Origin: Zygnema circumcarinatum SAG 698-1b
Taxonomy: Eukaryota > Plantae > Zygnematophyceae
DNA length: 64,000 nucleotides
Assembly: GCA_037447605.1 (NCBI GenBank)
Contig: CM074804.1
Span: forward strand, 3,387,909-3,451,908
Reading direction: 5' to 3'
Numbering within the stretch: the stretch's first letter is position 1; each line of letters opens with the position of its first letter. Shown one piece after another: positions 12,113 through 21,254 of the stretch. The notes beneath the pieces are model-generated. The model had not been told where the DNA came from. It ran no database searches and saw nothing but the letters and a program-made list of their open reading frames with translations. Position numbers and translations under genes: made by a program.

Positions 12113-15100
12113 ATGTTCTGCTGCATGAGAAGCATTGAAGGGGAACATGGTCAGGGTTCAACGGCCTTTGTAAGCCCATGCTCTTCTTATGCGGCTGTTT
12201 TTTTCTTTTTTTCTGTCATCGGTACCAGGCCTGCAGTAGTCTCTTGCCAAAGCCCGGCTTGGCTGTTGGGAGTCTGCTACGAGGCTCCTTTTGGAGACTC
12301 GACTGGAGATGAAGAGGCCTTGGCTAGGTTCCAGCGGGATTTCGAATCACGGCTATGGTTCACATATCGTAGAGGTGAGCCTTGCCTTGAAATCGGCTGT
12401 CCCTTATGCAAGATCTTTCCACAATTCACTCACTTCATATCTTAGGGGTGCTAGGAAAGCTTGCACAAACCAAGTCTGACCCGTCCTAACTATTGTAGTA
12501 GGATACGACATGTTATAGGTTCTGCACATTCGTTTTGTGCACCAACTGCCTTCTTGGGCGTACTGGGTGGCGTCGGCCAGATTTTGAAGCACTGGGAGAC
12601 AGCAACCTTACCAGCGATGTAGGGTGGGGCTGCATGCTACGCAGTGGACAGATGCTTCTGGCTCAGGTTCATCCGACGTCCCTTACATTAGTGGAACATA
12701 AGTGTAGGGGTTGTCAAGTTTGTGTAGAACATCCTTCGGTCGAGACCCATAAGTTCTGGGAAGATTCAAGTAATACCGGCCATGATCGTCAAATTTATAT
12801 ATTCTATGCACGTATTCATGGTGATATTCGAATCAATCAAGGCTCAGTATCATGAAGTTTGGCCATCCACTGGGAAGGGCAGGCTCTGATCAATGATCGG
12901 CTCGGAAGGTCTTGGCGATGGAATAATGAGGAGGTAGACAAACCTTTATCCTTCCTCTCCTTTCGTCTTGTTGCAGTGGCTAATTTCACAACTGATTCTT
13001 ACGGCCTCAGGGTGCTCCTTAGTAATGTTTTGTAAATTTATTGGAATGAGCAACAGGTATTCATCGTTGGCCAACTTCCAAACTAGCTATCTCACTGAAT
13101 GCCCTCGTTGCTTGGATCGTGCAGTTGGGACCCGAATACTTGGAGATTGTGAACAGCTTTGGAGATGCTCCTACGCGGCCGTTCTCTATTCACCATCTTA
13201 TAGCTGTGGGATCGAAGTATGGGCTTTGTGCCGGGGAATGGCTAGGCCCGTATGTGCTGTGTCGCACTCTCGAGGCTTTGGCTGATTCAAGCAACCCTGC
13301 CAGTAATCTTCTACGAATGGCAGTGCATGTGGTGGCAGGAGATGGGAAGAGAGAGTCTGGAGGGGCGCCAATGTTATGTGTAGATGACGTTGTCGAACTT
13401 TGTATACGAAGGAGTGCTGGACCTGAGGATGCGCAACAAATAGGAGCTAGCAATCCAGGCAATAGTTGGCATCCAGTCCTCATCCTGATACCCCTCATGC
13501 TAGGCCACGACAAAATCAATCCTAGGTGTGCCCCTCAGCCATTCGCTATTGGGTTTTTTTTGAGCAAGATGTGTAACGAAGAATAGCTGTATATACCAGG
13601 CTTGGTTAACAGAAAGGGTAGCAGAAGCATTGAATACATTCTTGATTGAGTTTCACACTCATGGTGGTCGCTTCATTGTTTGCAGGTATCTCCAATCACT
13701 GCGTGCTGTATTCGAGTTTCCACAGAGCCTGGGAGTGGTGGGCGGCAAGCCAGGAGGGGCAATGTACCTTGTCGGAACTCAGGAGGAGCAGTTGCTATAC
13801 CTTGACCCCCATCAAGTACAATCGGTAAGCCATGGTTAGAAGCAGACTTATCAAACACAAAAGCCTGCAGAACTGGCATTAAAGTCAGTTTTCTATTCCA
13901 CTAAGGGAAACTTTCGTCAGGGGGAAGGTCTTGCATTTTAGTTCCTCAAACCTTAAGCAGATGTCTAGTATGGCCATCTTCTGAAACTCAATTGTTAGCA
14001 CACAGGACAAGCGGATCAATTTCAAAGTGCAATCTTTGTTCGCAAGGTTTGCTTGAGATTACTCATCCGTTCATTGTTGCAAGAAATAATATGCTGTTCG
14101 GCAAAAGATAATGGATTTCATGCTTGTTTGAATGGTAATGAAATCTCATTCTCACTCACTATTTGGGAGGCTTTACCCCTCCAAGCGTGTTTATTTGTTT
14201 TGAATTGTGACTTGTAACATAGCAGCTTGGCTGCGGAACCTTGTCTGTTTGCTGGACTGCCCATCTTAGGTCTCCAATTGCGAGGCACTCAATTTTTGAG
14301 GCAACTTTATATCCTAAACGTCGCTTATATGTTCCTTCGTTCCTCATGTATGGTTTTTTGGAGGGTTCGCCAGACTAGCCTTATTCCCGAGAATTCTGAT
14401 CAGCAAGGCTTGGACACCAGCTCTTACCACTGCAGGTACAGAAGTCCAGAATGTTTTGGATGGCAGGAACTAATGTATCTTTCAAGTATTATAGCGCTGA
14501 CAGGCACGTGGCTACATGGATAGTAGGGGTGGAAAACTTATGGGGATTTGACTTAGGATGACAAACTGAGGAATGTAAGTGGGGGGGGGGCTTCTTGTGA
14601 CCTTCAAGCATGGCATGCTTCATATGAACAGACTGATTAACTGAACAGCAGCAAGAGTTTCACTCACCAGCGTTCAAGGGGCGCCTCTAGACAAAGGTGT
14701 TTCTGCAGAGGCTGATTGGATGCATGAGTGCATGACAGGGTGCCCCGGAAGATGCCGCTGGAGGCCATGGATCCATCATTAGCTCTCGGCTTCTATTGCA
14801 AGACCGAAGGTGAGTTATGGCCTAGAAGTGTTTAAACCGCTAGTGGGACTCCCTTAATGCTGGAAGTCCTGTTTTTGTTAGTCGATCTTGGGGTACGAGT
14901 ACACAAGCTAGGCTAGGGTTAATTTCGTTTTCCAAACCACAAGTGCTTGTCCTTGGTGCAGATGAATTTCAAGACCTATGTGTCCGATCTATAGAGCTGG
15001 CCGAACGATCCACTGGTGCACCAATGTTCACTATCGGAAGGCGTGAAGATTGGCAAACAGGCGGAGTTTCAGAGTCTCAAGAAAATCCATATGAAGAAGA

Positions 15101-15146
15101 TAAGGAGTCTTCTTCTCATGGGGAGGACGATTGGCAGATTGTGTGA
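12113..15146 (+). CDS. ATG4: Cysteine protease ATG4 (peptidase C54), multi-exon; start codon uncertain
   Basis: [39 protein letters not shown] (catalytic Cys), [29 protein letters not shown] (Asp/His), [11 protein letters not shown] and C-terminal EDDWQIV* (AIM/LIR-like). Confidence 0.95.
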
Positions 15147-16147
15147 GGAGAGGATTGTAACGGGGGAGAGCCTTTGGCCATGTCATGTGGGAATGGCCTT
15201 TCCAGCTCGCACTGTACATGCAGGAGGCTCGGATTGGTCATGTTTGTTGACCGACTTGCTCTCTTTCTAGGGAACTGTGAATATTAGCTTGACATTGTTT
15301 GCTGTGAATTGTTATGAAAGGACCGGACCGGTGTACATAAGCTTAGTGAACACATTTAGCCATTTTATTGGATTGATTGATAGTGAGCTGTGAGGCTGAA
15401 ACGGGCTTTTTGAGAAATGTACCTTTTGAACTAACAATGGAGGAGCGCCGTCCATTGTATTCCAAAATACAGCGCATTGCCATGGCCTGGCAGATTCTCC
15501 AAGAGGGATTTTGGTGGAGGAGTGCACGGACGCATATCAAGAAAACTTTCTGCAGCCTTCTGCATGCGGCACTTCCTCATAGTTGGAGTTCAGGATCTCG
15601 AACTGGACTTCATGGACGCTTTACAGAAACGGATGCGATTCAGACAACTTGTCTCTTCCCTGCACGTGATGTCTGGATATTGATACTGTTCCAACTTTCC
15701 ATTGACTGTAATTTGCATGAGGGTCTTAGCATTGTTTGAGAGTGTTGTTGTTTGACCTTCTCCTTGTATACTGATTGATCATTGATGCTTGATTTGGTTT
15801 AATTGCTTGATAGAGCGTCGTTGAGTTTGCATCGAGTCAGGCCATCCACGTGCTGAAGTCTAGCCAGCAAACACTCATATACTTTGCGCCAAACTAAAGC
15901 ATTGTGTTCCCCTTGTTCCCATGCATGCAACCAGAATCCTCCTCGTTTTTTGAGACAATGTTGTTGATTAAACGGTGTTTGATTGATCCAGTGGATTGTC
16001 TATGGGGTTTCTATGGTATAAATTGTTAGAAATTCTTCCATTTGCCGATGTGTCTCCACTAACAGCTGCCGGATCCAACTCCTCAGTTGTTGACATGATC
16101 TTATGCAGCCTCTAATTGCATACCAAATAAAGCATAAAGGCAATCAG

Positions 16148-16184
16148 ACAACAACAACAACAACAACAACATTAACAATAACAA
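16148..16184 (+). repeat. (CAA)n microsatellite
   Basis: Seen directly: acaacaacaacaacaacaacattaacaataacaa. Confidence 0.8.
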
Positions 16185-16199
16185 TGACAGGAATGACTT

Positions 16200-16610
16200 G
16201 GTTACACTATCCAGAAGTGTTCGAAAATAGCTTCACAACCTCCCAATGCTCCGATTCTGCATATCTTTAGAAGTCGTACACACGACGAATAAGCAAAAAT
16301 CCGGTCGAATCCCAACCATCAGATACCTTACCGATTGCAGATCTGCGCAAAATGCCAACCATCTACTACTGCTCTTTATAATTTTACGGTTCTATCTCTT
16401 TCATAAGTCAACTTGGATCCATTGGGATAGAGTTAGGGACAAAATCTTGCATGTTAAGCTTTTAAGGATATTTTTTGCGTACTTTTCCTGACACATGAAA
16501 ATACTACCGTCTTTCTTCCTCCCTAACTGAGTCCCTAGAAAATATTCAGTCTGTCTAAGATCGAACATATAAGTACTTTTACTTATTTCCTTTTCAAAAA
16601 ATTTCGAGGA
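16200..16610 (-). mobile_element. Degenerate Ty1/Copia reverse-transcriptase fragment
   Basis: Minus-strand translations across frameshifts give MFDLRQTEYFLGTQL..KDGSIFMCQEKYAKNILK, YLMVGIRPDF and RYAESEHWEVVK. These resemble the Copia RT motifs MKDLG...YFLG, SQEKY..IL, YL...TRPDI and HW.AVK. Confidence 0.7.
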
Positions 16611-16969
16611 AAATATTTGCCCCCTCTTTTGTTGTCCGGTGCCGCCGGTACGTACAACTCGATGTACATTAGCTCCCAACCTTTTTTGAGCTTATTTTTT
16701 TTCAGTCATTTGACGAACGAGAGGCTGCCGATGAGCTTTTCCTTATCTAACATTAACATTCACATTTGACTAACATTGCCATCTGTAAGATGGAACCACC
16801 GTTCTTGAAACCCCCTCTACCTACCTTTGCATCCTGACCGCTCTTCTTAAGCAGTCCACTCTCTGCCCTACTCCCAAGGAACCCACTCCGCGAGTGTTTA
16901 TCACCTGACAGCATGTCCAGCTACCACATGGCATATCTCATTATCCCTCAGTATGTCCCAATCGCGATC

Positions 16970-18600
16970 CCGTTGGCAACCTTGGAATTCAATGGTTGCA
17001 ACCATTGGCAATGGTTTGTTTTGTTTTGTCCCGTCGCAATGGTTGGCGACCTTGGAATGCAGTGGTTGCAACGATGGGCAATGGTTTTCAACGTTGCCAA
17101 CCATTGCCGCCAGCCCTAAACAACTATTGCCTATTGCCAATGGTTGGCAATCTTGGAATTCAAGGGCCGGCGGGCGGCAATGGTTGGCAACATTGAAAAC
17201 CATTGCCAATGGTTGCAACCGTAGGCAATGGTTGTTTCGGTCCGATGGCGGTCCGGGCGGCGATGGTTCCAACCATTTGGCAATTGCTGTTTCGGACCGG
17301 CTTGCCGAGAGACAAGCAGTCCGCCAAGGCGTCAGCTTGTGACGTCAGCCAAGAACAGCTCAAGAACAATGTCAACATTATTGGTCACACCATCGATGTT
17401 GATGTTTGACCATTTCCAGAAATGAAAGAAAAGAGTAAAATGTGTAATGGTTGTTTCGGTCCGATGGCAAGGGTTGTGTCGGTCGGGCAGCGATGGTTCC
17501 AACCATTGGCAATTGCTGTTTCGGACCGGCTTGCCGAGAGACAAGCAGTCCGCCAAGGCGTCAGCTTGTGACGTCAGCCAAGAACAGGTCAAGAACAATG
17601 TCCAACATGATTGGTCACACCATCGATGTTGATGTTTGACCATTTCCAAAAATGAAAGAAAAGAGTAAAAGGTGTGGGTGCGACACCGGGACTTCCCGGG
17701 AGGTCACCCATCCCAGTACTATTCCGGCCCACAGGCGCTTAGCTGCGGAGTTCTGATGGGATCCGGCGTAGTAGCCTAGGTATGATCGCACCACGTGTAC
17801 GGGCGTCCGAGTGTCCGCGCTTGTTCGTTCGTTTCTGTTTTCTTTTCTCCTTTCGAGGGAAGACATCGGACGCCTCCTTTCGGCAATGGTTGTTTGGGAC
17901 CGGCGGCAATGGTTGGAACCAGTGGCAATGGTTGTTTCGGTCCCGTCGCAATGGTGGGCAACCTTGGAATTCAATGGTTGCAACCATTGGCAATGGTTTT
18001 CAATGTTGCCAACCAAACCATTGCCGCTGGCCCTAAACAACGATCGCCAATGGTTGGCAACCTTGGAATTGAAGGGCCGGCGGCAATGGTTGCCAATCCA
18101 AAACCATTGCCAAATGGTTGCAACCGTACCGCAGGCAATGGTATGGTTGGAACCATTGGCAATCGTTGTTTGTTTTTGTCCCGTCGCAATGGTTGGCGAC
18201 CTTGGAATGCAGTGGTTGCAACGATGGGCCATGGTTTTCAACGTTGCCAACCACTGCCGCCAGCCCTAAACAACTATTGCCAATGGTTGGCAATCTTGGA
18301 ATTCAAGGGCCGGCGGGCGGCAATGGTTGGCAACATTGAAAACCATTGCCAATGGTTGCAACCGTAGGCAATGGTTGTTTCGGTCCGATGGCAAGGGTTG
18401 TGTCGGTCGGGCGGCGATGGTTCCAACCATTGGCAATTGCTGTTTCGGACCGGCTTGCCGAGAGACAAGCAGTCCGCCAAGGCGTCAGCTTGTGACGTCA
18501 GCCAAGAACAGCTCAAGAACAATGTCAACATTATTGGTCACACCATCGATGTTGATGTTTGACCATTTCCAGAAATGAAAGAAAAGAGTAAAATGTGTAA
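16970..18600. repeat. 5S rDNA repeat unit(s): palindrome-rich spacer plus about 225-bp subrepeats; period 1153 bp
   Basis: The about 225-bp block (aatggttgtttcggtccgatgg...gaaaagagtaaaatgtgt) occurs at about 17226, 17446, 18369 and 19930. The junction AATGTGTAA lies at 17439 and 18592. Region 17020-17245 repeats at 18170-18390. Confidence 0.85.
17676..17793 (-). rRNA. 5S rRNA gene, full length (118 nt)
   Basis: Reverse complement: TGGTGCGATCATACCTAGGCTACTACGCCGGATCCCATCAGAACTCCGCAGCTAAGCGCCTGTGGGCCGGAATAGTACTGGGATGGGTGACCTCCCGGGAAGTCCCGGTGTCGCACCC. A-box and C-box are present, helix I pairs, and T-runs (Pol III terminator) follow directly. Confidence 0.93.
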
Positions 18601-19187
18601 GGAGAACTATATACCGCCCCCTTTTTTTGGTTATCCCGCCACTGTTTTTTTGAAATCCGACCCTCCCATTTCGGCTATTCTGCCCCCCTCCCCCATTTTG
18701 GATATTCCGGGAGGAAATCGCCCTCCTGTTTTTAATATTTCTTTCCCGCGCCTCCCGTCCTCTCCCCGCCCCTCCCCTGCCCTCCCCCTCCCCTTCCCTT
18801 CCCTTCCCTTCCTCTTTCTCAGAAAGAAAGTGAAAGAGAGTGAGAGAGAGAGAGAGCAGAGTGAGAGCAGAGGAGAGGGACTACAGGAGAGAGCAAAGGA
18901 GAGAGAAGAGAGAGAGAGAGCAGAGGAGCGAGAGCCGAGGAGAAAGAGTATAGAGGAGAGAGAAAGAGCAAGAGGAGTGAGAGAAGAGGAGAGAGAGACT
19001 ACAGGAGAGAGCAAAGGAGAGAGAGAATGAGCAGAGGAGAGAGCAAAGGAGAGAGAGAGAGTGAGTAGAGTGAGAGCAAAGGAGAGAGAGACTAGAGGAG
19101 AGAGCACAGGAGAGAGCAAAGGCGAAAGAGAGAATGAGCAGAGGAGAGAGAGTAGGAGAGAGAAAGACTAGAGGAGAGAGAGCAGAG

Positions 19188-19218
<31 letters not shown>

Positions 19219-19923
19219 AGAGAGAGCAAGCAAGCAAGCCAACCATTACATCATGACAGAGCTTCACACCCACCAAAAGAAAAAGGATAAAAAGAGAATA
19301 AAAAGTTCCTAAATATAGAAAAACTCGCAAACCGAGAGGAAGAAGGGAAGGGGAGGGGTGGGCAGGGGAGGAGGGAGGGAGGGAGGGGTGGGCAGGGGAG
19401 GGAGGGCAGGGGAGGGGAGGGGAGGGAGGGGAGGGGAGGGAGGGAGGGAGGGGAGGGGAGGGAGGGAGGGAGGGAGGGGTGGGGTGGGCAGGGGAGGGAG
19501 GGAGAGGACGGGAGGGAGGGCAGGGAAGGGGAGGGAGGGGAGGGGAGGGAGGGAGGGGTGGGCAGGGGAGGGAGGGAGGGGTGGAGCAGGGGAGGGAGGG
19601 AGGGGTGGGCAGGGGAGGGAGGGAGAGGACGGGAGGGAGGGCAGGGAAGGGAGGGGAGGGGTGGGGTGGGCAGGGGAGGGAGGGAGGGGTGGGCAGGGGA
19701 TGTTAGGGGAGGGGTGGGCAGGGGAGGGGAGGGGATGGGTGGGCAGGGGAGGGGCGGGGAGAGGACGGGAGGCGCGGGAAAGAAATATTAAAAACAGGGG
19801 GGGCGATTTCCTCCCGAAATATCCAAAATGGGGGAGGGGGGCAGAATAGCCGAAATGGGAGGGTCGGATTTCAAAAAAACAGTGGCGGGATAACCAAAAA
19901 AGGGGGGCGGTATATAGTTCTCC
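18601..19923. mobile_element. Non-autonomous Mutator-like (MULE) element, 1323 bp, about 180-bp TIRs, 9-bp TSD AATGTGTAA
   Basis: Left end GGAGAACTATATACCGCCCC (18601-18781) is the near-perfect reverse complement of 19741-19923. AATGTGTAA lies at 18592-18600 and 19924-19932. The interior is (GA)-rich then (GGGA)-rich, with no transposase. Confidence 0.9.
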
Positions 19924-20159
19924 AATGTGTAATGGTTGTTTCGGTCCGATGGCAAGGGTTGTGTCGGTCGGGCGGCGATGGTTCCAACCATTGGCAATTG
20001 CTGTTTCGGACTGGCTTGCCGAGAGACAAGCAGTCCGCCAAGGCGTCAGCTTGTGACGTCAGCCAAGAACAGCTCAAGAACAATGTCAACATTATTGGTC
20101 ACACCATCGATGTTGATGTTTGACCATTTCCAGAAATGAAAGAAAAGAGTAAAATGTGT

Positions 20160-20198
20160 GGGTGCGACACTGAGACTTCCCGGGAGGTCACCCATCCC
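20160..20198 (-). pseudogene. Truncated 5S rRNA copy (3' 39 nt only)
   Basis: gggtgcgacactgagacttcccgggaggtcacccatccc matches 17676-17714 with 2 mismatches and has the same terminator flank. Similarity ends abruptly at 20198. Confidence 0.85.
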
Positions 20199-20300
20199 CG
20201 ACATGTTTCTTGCACCAGTTCTCACAAAAGGCTCAGCCTTTCCTCACCGTGTCCCTGAAATGGCCTGACTCACCATCGCGAGTAACTTCTTACCTCGTTT

Positions 20301-20636
20301 TTCCTTTTCTTATTCCTTCATCATCGAGTACTACCTCTGTTTTGCAGGTGGCCGCCACATAACTCTTATTTCCTTTTCTTATTCCTTCATCATCGAGTAT
20401 TACCTCTGTTTTGCAGATGAGCGCCACATAACTCTTATGTCCTTTTATTATTCCTTCATCATCGAGTATTACCTCTGTTTTGCAGATGAGCGCCACATAA
20501 CTCTTATTTCCTTTTATTATTCCTTCCTTATCGAGTATTACCTCTGTTTTGCAGATGAGCGCCACATAACTCTTATTTCCTTTTATTATTCCTTCATCAT
20601 CGAGTAGTACCTCTGTTTTGCAGGTGGCCGCCACAT
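20301..20636. repeat. 69-bp minisatellite, about 4.9 copies
   Basis: Units start at 20301, 20370, 20439, 20508 and 20577. The minus strand reads as a 23-aa repeat, KTEVILDDEGIIKGNKSYVALIC. Confidence 0.9.
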
Positions 20637-21254
20637 TCCGAGAAGCAAGCGCCTCCTGCAACCTGTCTGAGGGCTTGCTCGAGAAGGCAGCCAAGGCTTC
20701 CTGGACCGCACCGTACGGCGTGGTACGGACGGCGCTGGGGACTGCAACCCCCCGTCCGTACGTACATTTTGAAATGGTGAAATTTGCGTGGGAATAATAA
20801 AACTAGAGATAATAATAGCAGTCCTGGTCCGACCGGCTGGCGGGCGAGCACCACCTCCGCGATTGAAGTTTGAAGTTCGAACGGCGCAAGCGAGCCAGCC
20901 GCCAACGGTCGGTCGGGCCCCTCCGCGAGCTGCGCTGCCTCCCGCGCCCTCCCTCCGCGACGCCTCCCTCCCTCCCTCCCTTCCTCCCTTCCTCCCTCCC
21001 TCCCTCCTACCACCTCTTTCTTCCCTGCTCCATATCCCTGATCCCTTATCCTATTGTTATTATATCTTCCCTCTTTTCTCTCCCTGTTCGTTCCCCCTGT
21101 ATCCTATCCCTAATCCTTCCTTCCCACTTTCCTCGACCTGTTCCCTCGCTACTTGCGCGAGGTAGCTGGAGGCACGCCTGCAAACCTGCCTGCAGCAAGT
21201 TGGCTACCTCCTGCATATATTTTCAAGTTGCCGCCGCTCTCCCTGCATGCCGGC

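Noticed and set aside
16025-16066. Mini solo-LTR (TGTTAG...CTAACA)
   Set aside because: Only about 40 bp with a 6-bp inverted end and no TSD; compatible with chance.
16900-18600. CRISPR-like array of palindromic repeats, and the many overlapping ORFs here
   Set aside because: No constant repeat with unique spacers, no cas genes, eukaryotic context. The pattern is explained by the 5S spacer subrepeats.
18575-19849. Glu/Arg-, Leu/Ser- and Gly/Arg-rich ORFs; likewise 50492-50994
   Set aside because: Low-complexity MULE interiors with no transposase motifs.
17676-20198. Cassandra TRIM or 5S-derived SINE
   Set aside because: The 5S is full length with its own terminator in a tandem unit. I found no LTR TG..CA ends, PBS/PPT, poly-A tail or TSD around it.
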